Assembly (NCBI GenBank): GCA_018262985.1
Contig: JADFDI010000003.1
Location: 35,577 to 99,576 of the forward strand
Direction of reading: 5' to 3'
Length of the DNA: 64,000 nt
Source: Spirochaetota bacterium
Lineage (GTDB): Bacteria; Spirochaetota; Spirochaetia; Treponematales; UBA12059
Of this stretch, positions 20,122-28,602 are shown one piece after another. The translations under genes were made by a program, and so were the position numbers. Every line of letters begins with the position of its first letter. Position 1 is the first letter of the stretch. The notes under the pieces were generated by a model. The model searched no databases. It had not been told where the DNA came from and saw nothing but the letters and a program-made list of their open reading frames with translations.

Positions 20122-20670
20122 ATGCGACAGCTGCGCGTCAAGAGCGATCTCCTCATCGAGGAGCTCCGCAATACCCTGATCTTCCAGAACCTGACGGTGG
20201 ACGAACTCAAGCGCATCGCGGGCATCTGCGAGCACTGGGAATATGAAGGCGGCGAGGAAGTGGTGACGCAGGACTCCGTCAGCCGCGTGCTTTACGTCCT
20301 GCTCGACGGCACCGTCGACATCAAGGTACGGGGCGCGGAGTCGGCGGGCGTGACGGTCAGCGCCATCCAGAAAGGCGACGTGTTCGGCGAGGCGGGCCTC
20401 TTCATGGACGTGCGCCGCACGGCCAGCGCCATCGCCAACGGGCCGATCCGCTTCGTCAGCTTCAACCGCGATCCCTTCTTCAACTACTGCAACGACAACG
20501 CGCGCGCCGGGCTAAAGATCTTCACCTTCGTCATCTACAGCCTGCTCCGCAAGCTCGGAGCCACCAGCAAGGGGCTGGCCCTCGAGCGCGAATCCATGGT
20601 CACCCCCGAGGATCTCGAGCGGCTCAAGGACCTCTTTCCCCGTTCCATAGAAGAGATCTTCAAGCGCTGA
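20122..20670 (+). CDS. Stand-alone cyclic-nucleotide-binding (CAP effector-type) domain protein
   Basis: 182 aa, MRQLRVKSDLLIEELRNTLIFQNLTVDELKRI...GDVFGEAGLF...RTASAIA, a typical cNMP-binding beta-barrel signature. SD GGAGG lies 6 nt before ATG 20122. This is the C-terminal part of the artefactual track ORF 16951..20670. Confidence 0.8.
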   Translation: MRQLRVKSDLLIEELRNTLIFQNLTVDELKRIAGICEHWEYEGGEEVVTQDSVSRVLYVLLDGTVDIKVRGAESAGVTVSAIQKGDVFGEAGLFMDVRRTASAIANGPIRFVSFNRDPFFNYCNDNARAGLKIFTFVIYSLLRKLGATSKGLALERESMVTPEDLERLKDLFPRSIEEIFKR

Positions 20671-23005
20671 GCCCCGGGAAGCGCCGCGTCCCGCCGCGGC
20701 GGAGCTCGAAAGCCCGACCGTGGTGGCGCAGGACGATGGCTTCGGGCGCGTCCGGCGCGGCTTCCGCCTCCAGCGCGTACTCGGTTCCCGCCCGCCCGAC
20801 GCGGACCGAAAGCCGGGCGCCGCGCAGGGCGAGGCGGAATTCCAGGCTCGTCCACGCCTCGGGCAGGCGCGGCGCGAAACTCCACTCGCCGTCGAGCTCG
20901 CGGAAGCCGCCGAAGCCGCAGACCGCCGAGATCCAGGTGCCGGCCATGGCCGCGATGTGCACGCCGTCGCGGGCGTTGCCGTGGACGTCGTCGAGGTCCA
21001 TGCGCGAGGTCCGGGTGAAGTAGTCCCAGGCCTTCCCGACCTCGCCGAGCTCGGCGGCCATCACCGACTGGACGCAGTGCGAGAGCGAGGAGTCGCCGGT
21101 GGTGAGGGGCTCGTAATACTCGAAGTCGCGCCGCTTCTGTTCCGCGTCGAACTCCGCGGGCAGGAGGAACTGGGCCAGCACGACGTCCGGCTGCTTGAGT
21201 ACGCGGCGGCGGTAGATTTCGAGCGGGTGGAAGTGGAGGAGCAGGGGGTACTTGTCCTTCGGGGTGCCGGCGAAATCCCAGGCGGGCTTCGAGAGGAAGG
21301 TGGCGTCCTGGGGCGTGACGCCGGTCTCGGGGTCGACCGAAAGCTCCATCGCCTCCGCGGCTTTCCGCCAGGCGGCGGCCTCTTCCGGCTCGAGGGCCGT
21401 CCGCGCGCGGAGGCGCTCGAGGGCGCCGCCCGAGCCGGAAGCGGCTTCCGCTTCGAGCAGTTCCACGACGCGCGCGGCGAGGAGCAGGTTCCGTCGGGCC
21501 ATGCGGTTGGTGTAGCGGTTGTCGTCGACCAGGGCCGTGTACTCGTCGGGACCGGTGACGCAGTGGATGTGGAAGCGGCCGTCCCGCCCGAAATGCCCGA
21601 GCGAGAGCCAGAAGCGGGCCGTCTCGACGGCGATCTCGGCGGCTTCCTCCCGCAGGAAGCGTCCGTCGCCGGAGGCCGATACGTAGCGTTCGCAGGCGTA
21701 GGCGATGTCCGCGTTTATATGGTATTGGGCGGTTCCCGCGGGGTAGTAGGCGCTCGCCTCGTTCCCGTCGATGGTCCGCCAGGGGAAGAGCGCCCCGCGG
21801 TGCGAGAGCTGGCGCGCGCGCGCGCGCGCCTTGTCGAGGGTGCCGTGCCGCCAGGAGAGCAGGGCCCTCGAGAGCTCCGGCGCAACGTAGTCGAAAACGG
21901 TGCAGGCATAGATCTCGGTGTCCCAGAAGGCATGGCCCTCGTAGCCTTCGCCGGTCAGGCCCTTGGCGCATAGCCCCGACCGGCCGTCCCGGCCCGCCGC
22001 CTGCCATAAATGGAAAAGATTGAAGCGGAGCGCCTCCTGCGAGGCCTCGTCGCCTCCCACGCGGATGTCCGCCCTTTCCCAGAAGCTTGCCGCGATCGCG
22101 CGCTGCTCCCCGGCCAGCGCCTCGAAGCCGGAGGCGAGCGCGGCCTCCGCGTCGGCGCGCGCGGCGTCGACCAGGCCCTCCAGTGCCGAGGCCGCGCCGG
22201 GCACCCAGGCCGCCGTCTTTTCCACGACGAGCTCGTCGCCCGCGGCCAGGGCGAGCGTCCACGAGAGTTCGAACGGAGCGGGGCCGGGCTCGTCGTCCGG
22301 AGTCCGTTCCATCGCCGCGGCCGACCTGCGCGACAGGATGGCCCGCTGGGCGCTCGCGCAACCCAAGCCCAAGCCGCTCGAGCGGGTCAGGCAGCCGAGC
22401 CGGACGGTCCGCGCCGACCTGCCCGATGTGGCGACGATGAGGGGGCGCTCGGAGAAGCGGGCGCCGACGCGGGGATCGTCGCGGCTGCTCAGGTTGCCGA
22501 GCTCCGGGTCGAGTCCGGTGCGCACGGCGACGCGAACCTCGCCGGAGAGGACGCGGATCCCGTAGCCGAAGGCGGCGGTCGACGGGCGGGCGAGGCAGGC
22601 GAGGCGGGACGAGCGCACGCGGAGCACGGCGCCGGAGGGGAGCCTGAGGTCCACGACGCGATCGAGGCGCGCGGCGTCCAGGTCGAGGACGCGGGAATAG
22701 GAAAAGACCGAAGGGTCGTCGACCCGGAACGGCCTGCCGTCCAGTTCCAGGGTGAAGCGCTTGGCGTCGGGCACGTTGAGCATGGTCTGGTGCCGCTCGG
22801 CGTACCCGTACGCCTTTTCCCCGTACGCGATGGGCTCGCCGTCGAAGAAGCCGTTGACGTAGGTGCCGCGGTGCCAGGCCGGCCCTCCCTCGTCCTGGTC
22901 GCCGCGGAGGCCGACGCGGCCGTTCGAGAGGGCGAAGAGGGTCTCTTCCTTGGCGAGGCCGGACGGATCGAAGGACCGGCGGACGAGCCGCGCGTCGTCA
23001 TGCAT
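20660..23005 (-). CDS. Glycoside hydrolase family 65 disaccharide phosphorylase (kojibiose/maltose/trehalose phosphorylase-like)
   Basis: 781 aa with GH65 N-terminal, catalytic (alpha/alpha)6 and C-terminal regions. Recognisable segments include FALSNGRVGLRGDQDEG, GLTGEGYEGHAFWDTEIY and HIAAMAGTW. SD GGGAG is present. Confidence 0.85.
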   Translation of the reverse strand: MHDDARLVRRSFDPSGLAKEETLFALSNGRVGLRGDQDEGGPAWHRGTYVNGFFDGEPIAYGEKAYGYAERHQTMLNVPDAKRFTLELDGRPFRVDDPSVFSYSRVLDLDAARLDRVVDLRLPSGAVLRVRSSRLACLARPSTAAFGYGIRVLSGEVRVAVRTGLDPELGNLSSRDDPRVGARFSERPLIVATSGRSARTVRLGCLTRSSGLGLGCASAQRAILSRRSAAAMERTPDDEPGPAPFELSWTLALAAGDELVVEKTAAWVPGAASALEGLVDAARADAEAALASGFEALAGEQRAIAASFWERADIRVGGDEASQEALRFNLFHLWQAAGRDGRSGLCAKGLTGEGYEGHAFWDTEIYACTVFDYVAPELSRALLSWRHGTLDKARARARQLSHRGALFPWRTIDGNEASAYYPAGTAQYHINADIAYACERYVSASGDGRFLREEAAEIAVETARFWLSLGHFGRDGRFHIHCVTGPDEYTALVDDNRYTNRMARRNLLLAARVVELLEAEAASGSGGALERLRARTALEPEEAAAWRKAAEAMELSVDPETGVTPQDATFLSKPAWDFAGTPKDKYPLLLHFHPLEIYRRRVLKQPDVVLAQFLLPAEFDAEQKRRDFEYYEPLTTGDSSLSHCVQSVMAAELGEVGKAWDYFTRTSRMDLDDVHGNARDGVHIAAMAGTWISAVCGFGGFRELDGEWSFAPRLPEAWTSLEFRLALRGARLSVRVGRAGTEYALEAEAAPDAPEAIVLRHHGRAFELRRGGTRRFPGLSA

Positions 23006-23035
23006 GGTGCGCTCCCTTCTTTCTGAAAAAAAACC

Positions 23036-23063
23036 TTGACAGGCGCCGGACTCATTGTATCAT
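23036..23063 (+). promoter_or_regulatory. Sigma70-type promoter of the lacI-SBP-permease operon
   Basis: TTGACA (23036-41), 16 nt, TATCAT (23058-63). Confidence 0.7.
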
Positions 23064-23076
23064 GCGGTGTACTTCC

Positions 23077-23102
23077 ATGAAAGCACTTTCATACTGCTTT
23101 CA
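23077..23102. promoter_or_regulatory. LacI-family operator
   Basis: The palindrome ATGAAAGCACTTTCAT (23077-92) has core TGAAAGCACTTTCA, matching the generic LacI/CcpA-type TGNAANCGNTTNCA pattern. An additional exact GCTTTCA half-site lies at 23096-23102. It sits 14 nt downstream of the -10. Confidence 0.7.
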
Positions 23103-23222
23103 AGAAGAAAACGCCGGACCCGGGATCAAGGACGCATCGCGCCTGGCCCGGGACGACGGAGGAGCGCGGGAATCGGCCGCCGGCCTCGCCGGAACGAACC
23201 GCGCGTATCGGAAGGAGCTGCG

Positions 23223-24290
23223 ATGGCGGCGAGGGCGACGATCTACGACGTGGCGGCCAGGGCCGGCGTGAGCATCGCGACGGTTTCGCGGGTGCTCAAC
23301 GAGCCGGCCAAGGTGCAGGAGTCGACGCGCGCCGCGGTCCTCGCGGTCATGCGCGAGCTCGGCTTCGTGCCCCGCGCCGAGGCCGTCGCGCGCGCGCGGA
23401 CGCGTTTCCGGCGCATCGCCGTGCTCGTTCCCTTCTTCACGGAGCCCTCGTTCTCGCAGCGCCTGCGCGGCGTGTCCGACGCCCTCTCCGCGGCCAGCCA
23501 CGAGCTCGTCATCTACGCGGTCAAGAGCCAGGCGGCCCTCGAGGAGTACGTGGACCTGGTATGCGCCCCGGACCGCGTCGACGGCGTGATCCTGATCAGC
23601 CTGAAGCTCCCCGGACGCAGCCTCGACTGCCTCCGGAAGAGCGGCCTGCCCTGCGTCTTCATCGAGGCGGGGGTCGAGGGCTTCGACGCCGTAGCCGTCG
23701 ACAACCGCCAGGGCGGCCGCATGGCCGCGCGCTGGCTGCTCGAGCTCGGGTTCCGGCGCGTGGCCTTCGTCGGCGAGCACTCGTCGCAACCCTTCGCGGT
23801 CAACTCCACCGACGAGCGCTTGCAGGGCTTCCTCGAGGCGTTCGAGGAGGCGGGCGTTCCGGTCGACGAGCGGCTCGTCCACGTGGCCGAGTACCCGAAA
23901 GGCGCGGGCTTCGCGCACGGCGACCTCGAGGCCGAGCTCGCGGCCGTCATCGGCGACGAGCCGAGGCCCGAGGCCATCTTCGCCACCAGCGACCTGATCG
24001 CCGCGCGGCTGGCCAAGATCGCCAACGGCATGGGCCTGTCCGTGCCGCGCGACCTGGCGCTGCTCGGCTTCGACGACGTCGACCTGGCCGAATACCTCGG
24101 CCTTTCCACGATATCGCAGGCCCTCGACGAGTCGGGCCGCCTGGCCGCCTCCATGCTGCTAGAACGCATCGAGCGGCCGGACTCGCCGCCGAGGACCTCG
24201 ATCATAGGGTTGGAGATAGTGCGCCGCGGGAGCGTCCCGCGGGCGCTTGAGCGGAAGGGTGAAACCAAAGCCGAAGGAGGCTTGAAATGA
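23223..24290 (+). CDS. LacI-family transcriptional regulator
   Basis: 355 aa from MAARATIYDVAARAGVSIATVSRVLN (HTH), followed by a periplasmic-binding-protein-like sugar-binding core. SD AAGGAG lies before ATG 23223. Its stop overlaps the SBP start (ATGA, 24287-24290). Confidence 0.9.
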   Translation: MAARATIYDVAARAGVSIATVSRVLNEPAKVQESTRAAVLAVMRELGFVPRAEAVARARTRFRRIAVLVPFFTEPSFSQRLRGVSDALSAASHELVIYAVKSQAALEEYVDLVCAPDRVDGVILISLKLPGRSLDCLRKSGLPCVFIEAGVEGFDAVAVDNRQGGRMAARWLLELGFRRVAFVGEHSSQPFAVNSTDERLQGFLEAFEEAGVPVDERLVHVAEYPKGAGFAHGDLEAELAAVIGDEPRPEAIFATSDLIAARLAKIANGMGLSVPRDLALLGFDDVDLAEYLGLSTISQALDESGRLAASMLLERIERPDSPPRTSIIGLEIVRRGSVPRALERKGETKAEGGLK

Positions 24291-25576
24291 AGGGAATGAC
24301 CAAGGCCATCGCGATCGCCATGGCGCTCGTCGCGGCCGCGTCCCTCGCGGGATGCGCGAAGAAGGATGCCGCCGAATCGGTGGCGGGCAAGACGGTCCGG
24401 GTGACCGGCTCGTTCCGCGGCGAGGAGGCGGCGCGCTTCGAGGAGGTCCTGAAGGCCTTCGAGGAGCGCACGGGAATCGACGTGGTCTACGAAGGCTCCG
24501 CCGAATTCGAGACCCAGATCTTCGTGCAGGCCGAGGCCGGCAGCCCGCCCGACGTGGCGGCCCTGCCCCAGCCCGGGCTCATGAAGACCTTCGCGGAGAA
24601 GGGCTACCTGAAGCCGCTGCCCGCGGAGCTCGTGGCGCGCATCGAGGCCAACTACACGCCGGCCTGGAAGGAGCTCGGCTCGTACAAGGGACAGGTCTAC
24701 GGCCTCTTCCACCGCGTCAACGCCAAGAGCTTCGTCTGGTACCCCAAGAAGGCCTTCGAGGCCAAGGGCTACGCCATTCCGAAGACCTGGGCCGAGCTGC
24801 GCGAGCTGACCGACCGCATCGTCAAGGACGGCGGCGTGCCCTGGAGCGTCGGCATCGAGTCCGGCGGCGCGACCGGCTGGGTGGCCACCGACTGGATGGA
24901 GGACATCATGCTCCGCTCGGCCGGCCCCGCGGTCTACGACAAGTGGGTTTCGCACGAGATTCCCTTCGACGACCCCGCCGTCGAGGCGGCCGCCAACTAC
25001 ATGGCCGAGATCTGGATGAACCCGAAGTACACGCTCGGCGGCCCGAAGAACGTCCTGACCACCAGCTTCGGCGACGCGGTGAAGCCCCTCTTCGAGAACC
25101 CGCCCAAGGCCTGGCTGCACCGGCAGGCCAACTTCATCACGGGCTTCATGCCCGAGGCGATCCAGGCCAACCTCGAGGAAGAGGTCGGCGTGTTCGCGCT
25201 GCCGCAGATCGACCCGCAGTGGGGCACCCCGGTGCTCGGCGGCGGCGACCAGTTCGTCATGTTCAACGACAAGCCCGAGGTGCGCCTCTTCCTCGAGTAC
25301 CTGACCACCTGGGAGTCGGCCTCCCTCTGGGCCAAGGCCGGCGGCGCGCTCTTCCCGCACCAGGACCAGAACCTCGACGACTACGGCAACGCCATCGAGC
25401 GCGAACTGGCCCGCATCCTCGTGGGCGCCAAGGTCTTCCGCTTCGACGGCTCGGACCTGATGCCGGCCGAGGTGGGCGCCGGCAGCTTCTGGACGGGCAT
25501 GGCCGACCTCGCGTCGGGCGTCCCGGTCAAGGACGTGCTCAAGCAGATCGAAGCCAGCTGGCCCGCGGGCAAGTAG
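24287..25576 (+). CDS. Sugar ABC transporter substrate-binding lipoprotein (family-1 SBP)
   Basis: 429 aa with lipobox MKGMTKAIAIAMALVAAASLAGC. SD GAAGGAGG is present. The SBP_bac_1-like sequence runs throughout. Confidence 0.85.
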   Translation: MKGMTKAIAIAMALVAAASLAGCAKKDAAESVAGKTVRVTGSFRGEEAARFEEVLKAFEERTGIDVVYEGSAEFETQIFVQAEAGSPPDVAALPQPGLMKTFAEKGYLKPLPAELVARIEANYTPAWKELGSYKGQVYGLFHRVNAKSFVWYPKKAFEAKGYAIPKTWAELRELTDRIVKDGGVPWSVGIESGGATGWVATDWMEDIMLRSAGPAVYDKWVSHEIPFDDPAVEAAANYMAEIWMNPKYTLGGPKNVLTTSFGDAVKPLFENPPKAWLHRQANFITGFMPEAIQANLEEEVGVFALPQIDPQWGTPVLGGGDQFVMFNDKPEVRLFLEYLTTWESASLWAKAGGALFPHQDQNLDDYGNAIERELARILVGAKVFRFDGSDLMPAEVGAGSFWTGMADLASGVPVKDVLKQIEASWPAGK

Positions 25577-25694
25577 GCTTCCAAGGGAAGGCCGGGGGAG
25601 GGGCGACCCGCTCCCGGTTTTCCGTCCGGCAGGATCGGGGCGGAGACCTTCGTGCCGCCCCGGCCGTTTTCGGCTTCGGAGCGAGGAGAGTACC

Positions 25695-26795
25695 GTGAAC
25701 GGAAACAAGGCCGCGAAACCCGGCGCGCCGGGACGCTGGATAGCCCGCGCGGCGCCGGCCCTGGCCGCCCCGATCCTCGCGCTGGCCGCCCTCTGGGCGG
25801 GCTTCGCCCTCATCAAGGAAGGCTGGATCGCGGGCGGACTCGCGGCGGCCTTCGCGGCCGTCTGGGGCGTGGCGGGCGCCGCGCTGCTCTTCTTCGTGGC
25901 CAATTGGTCCGTGGAGCGGCTCGGGCCGAAGGTCCGCGCGCGCGCGCTGCCCTTCGTGTTCGTGGGGCCGGCCATCCTCGTCATGGCCTGGTACCTGGCC
26001 GCGCCGACGGCGCGCACGCTTTTCCTGAGCTTCTTCGACGCCTCGTCGCGGGGCTTCGCGGGGCTCGACAACTACGCGTACGTGTTCACCGACCGGACCA
26101 TGCGCATCGCCTTCCTCAACAACCTGGCCTGGCTCGTCTTCGGCACGGGCTTCTCCGTGCTTTCGGGGCTCGTCATCGCCATCATGGCCGACCGGAGCCG
26201 CTTCGAGCGCGCGGCCAAGAGCCTCGTGTTCCTGCCCATGGCCATCAGCTTCGTCGGCGCCGGCGTCATCTGGCGCTTCGTCTACGCGTACCGCCCCGAG
26301 GGGGACGCGCAGGTCGGGCTGCTCAACGCGCTCGTGACGGCGGCCGGAGGGTCGCCGGTCAACTGGATCGTGGAGCGGCCCTGGAACACCCTCTTCCTCA
26401 TCGTCATCTTCGTCTGGCTGCAGACGGGCTTCGCCATGGTGGTGCTCTCCGCGGCCATCAAGGGCGTGCCGGCCGAGCTCCTCGAGGCGGCCCGCATCGA
26501 CGGCGCCTCGGAGCTGCGCGTGGTGCGCTCCGTGCTCATCCCGTCCATCCTGCCGAGCATCGTCACGGTCGCGACCACCACGCTGCTCCTCACGCTCAAG
26601 GTGTTCGACATCGTCTACGCCATGACGAACGGGCTCTACGGCACCGAGGTGCTGGCGAGCCAGCAGTACAAGCAGATGTTCAAGTTCCTGCACTACGGGC
26701 GCGGCTCGGCGATAGCCATCGTCATCCTGGTCGCCGTCACCCCGATGATCTGGTACAACCTGAGGCAGTTCAACAAGCGGGAGGCATTCTCGTGA
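25695..26795 (+). CDS. Sugar ABC transporter permease (MalF-type)
   Basis: 366 aa with a GTG start. EAA loop EAARIDGASELRVVRSVLIPSI; 6 or more TM. Confidence 0.85.
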   Translation: MNGNKAAKPGAPGRWIARAAPALAAPILALAALWAGFALIKEGWIAGGLAAAFAAVWGVAGAALLFFVANWSVERLGPKVRARALPFVFVGPAILVMAWYLAAPTARTLFLSFFDASSRGFAGLDNYAYVFTDRTMRIAFLNNLAWLVFGTGFSVLSGLVIAIMADRSRFERAAKSLVFLPMAISFVGAGVIWRFVYAYRPEGDAQVGLLNALVTAAGGSPVNWIVERPWNTLFLIVIFVWLQTGFAMVVLSAAIKGVPAELLEAARIDGASELRVVRSVLIPSILPSIVTVATTTLLLTLKVFDIVYAMTNGLYGTEVLASQQYKQMFKFLHYGRGSAIAIVILVAVTPMIWYNLRQFNKREAFS

Positions 26796-27769
26796 GCGCC
26801 GCCGACGAACGCGCGCCGCTGCCCGGCGCCGATTTCGAGGAGGCCGCCGCGGTTTCCCGCCTCCGCCGCGTGAGCGTGCGGAAGGTGGCCGGGCGACTCC
26901 TGCTCAACGCCGTCCTCGCGCTCGTCTGCGCGGCCTGGACCCTGCCCACGCTCGGGCTCCTGGTGACCTCGTTCCGCGACCCGGACATGGTGTCGCGGAG
27001 CGGGTGGTGGACCGCCGCGAGGGACCCGAAGGGCCTGTCCCTCGACAACTACCGCACCGTGCTGGCCGGCCAGGATTGGTCCTACGTGGATTCGTCGGGA
27101 AAAACCGTGCGGCTCCGGGGCGAGAACATGCTGGGCGCCTTCGGGAACAGCCTCGCGGTGACCGTCCCTTCGGTGCTGATACCGATCCTGGTGGCGGCCT
27201 TCGCGGCCTACGGATTCGCGTGGCTCAAGTTTCCGGGCAGGAAGATGCTCTTCGTCGGCATCGTGGCCCTGCTCGCGGTGCCGCTCCAGATCGCGCTCAT
27301 ACCCATCCTGCGCGACTACCAGAAGGCGGGCCTCAACGGGAGCTTCCTCGGCGTGTGGCTGGCGCACACCGGCTTCGGGCTGCCGCTCGCGACCTACCTC
27401 TTCTACAACTACATCTCCACGCTGCCGCGGAGCATCCTCGAGTCGGCCTTCATCGACGGCGCGAGCCACTACACCTGCTTCACGCGGCTGATCCTGCCGC
27501 TGGCCATGCCGGCGCTCGCCTCGTTCGCCATCTTCCAGTTCCTCTGGGTGTGGAACGACCTGCTCGTGGCCCTCGTGTTCCTCTCCGGCGGCGGCCGGGC
27601 CATGGAGGTGTTGACCCAGCGCCTGCTCGCGCTCGCGGGCACGCGGGGACAGGACTGGCACCTGCTGACGGCGGGCGCCTTCGTCTCGATGCTATTGCCG
27701 CTCGCGGTGTTCTTCGGCTTGCAGAAGCACTTCGTCCGCGGCCTGCTGGCCGGTTCGGTGAAAGGCTAG
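26792..27769 (+). CDS. Sugar ABC transporter permease (MalG-type)
   Basis: 325 aa. GTG 26792 overlaps the upstream stop (GTGA), and SD GGGAGG is 8 nt upstream. EAA loop ESAFIDGASHYTCFTRLILPLA. This is the C-terminal part of track ORF 25652..27769. Confidence 0.85.
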   Translation: MSAADERAPLPGADFEEAAAVSRLRRVSVRKVAGRLLLNAVLALVCAAWTLPTLGLLVTSFRDPDMVSRSGWWTAARDPKGLSLDNYRTVLAGQDWSYVDSSGKTVRLRGENMLGAFGNSLAVTVPSVLIPILVAAFAAYGFAWLKFPGRKMLFVGIVALLAVPLQIALIPILRDYQKAGLNGSFLGVWLAHTGFGLPLATYLFYNYISTLPRSILESAFIDGASHYTCFTRLILPLAMPALASFAIFQFLWVWNDLLVALVFLSGGGRAMEVLTQRLLALAGTRGQDWHLLTAGAFVSMLLPLAVFFGLQKHFVRGLLAGSVKG

Positions 27770-27926
27770 CGGGGCGCGGGAAAGGCTTGACCGCTTTTTT
27801 TAGGCACACGGCCCGAGAGCGTTCCGACGAACGCGCGGGGGTTCGGAAGGGGCGCCCCCGCGCCGTGCCGGGATGACGCGACCCGGACGCGGGAAGGGGT
27901 CGGAAGCTCGAAGGCCCAGGTAAAAA

Positions 27927-27965
27927 TGAAAAACCCGGCCGCGAGGCCGGGTTTCCTTTTCTTGA
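27927..27965. terminator. Bidirectional Rho-independent terminator between the ABC operon and the RRM gene
   Basis: AAACCCGGCC-GCGA-GGCCGGGTTT (27931-54) is flanked by a T-rich run on the plus strand (CCTTTTCTT) and by TTTTTCATTTTT on the minus strand. Confidence 0.85.
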
Positions 27966-27975
27966 TCTACGCGGC

Positions 27976-28248
27976 TTAGTAGCGGTAGTCGTCGCGGCGG
28001 GGCTTGTCCATCGCCTCGTTGACGCGAAGCTGGCGGCCGTCGAGCTCGACGCCGTTCATGCCGTTGATGGCGGCGCGAGCCTCGTCGTCCGAGCCCATCT
28101 CCACGAAGCCGAAGCCCTTGGAGTTGCCGGTGTCGCGGTCGGTGATGATCTTCGCGGAAACGACGTTGCCGAACTGCTGAAAGGCGTCGCGGAGAGCGCC
28201 CTCGTAGGTGTTGTAGTTGAGGTTGCCGACGTAGAGCTTCTTGCCCAT
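27976..28248 (-). CDS. RRM-type RNA-binding protein
   Basis: 90 aa, MGKKLYVGNLNYNT...KGFGFVEM, carrying RNP2 (LYVGNL) and RNP1 (KGFGFVEM). This is the C-terminal part of the artefactual track ORF 27976..30864. SD GAAGGAA is present. Confidence 0.9.
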   Translation of the reverse strand: MGKKLYVGNLNYNTYEGALRDAFQQFGNVVSAKIITDRDTGNSKGFGFVEMGSDDEARAAINGMNGVELDGRQLRVNEAMDKPRRDDYRY

Positions 28249-28528
28249 TCGAGATTCCTTCGCCCCGGAACTTGCTTCCGGGCTTTCGTAAGTCCGCTTA
28301 TCCAGGATAAGCGCTTTCCCGCTTCCCGGACGATCCGGGCTTGCGGGGCGAGCGGAGAACCTGGTAGACGGAGCGATACGGTCTTTACTCGATGCTGAAG
28401 GCAACCACGTCGGTGTTCGTGAGCGGCTCCCGAAGGAGTCGCGTCTCAGGAAGTTCGCAGGATGGTCAACTACAGGAAAGTCGTCACTCTCGGTCTGGCG
28501 TTTCTCGCACTCGGCGACAATATAGCGC

Positions 28529-28557
28529 GGACCGAAAACTTTGTAAAGGGGAGTTTG
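28529..28557 (-). promoter_or_regulatory. Sigma70-type promoter, most likely of the RRM gene (implies a 5' UTR of about 270 nt)
   Basis: On the minus strand: TTTACA (28557-52), 17 nt, TATATT (28534-29). No other minus-strand gene lies between it and 28248. Confidence 0.55.
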
Positions 28558-28602
28558 CGGGTCGCTCTGGCGCCGCGGGGCCGGCCGCTCTATCATTTCC
28601 GC

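Noticed and set aside
27770-27810. T7 run (27795-27801) after the ABC permease stop as an intrinsic terminator.
   Set aside because: The preceding sequence offers only a 4-5-bp stem with a large loop. The strong bidirectional terminator at 27927-65 is a far better candidate.
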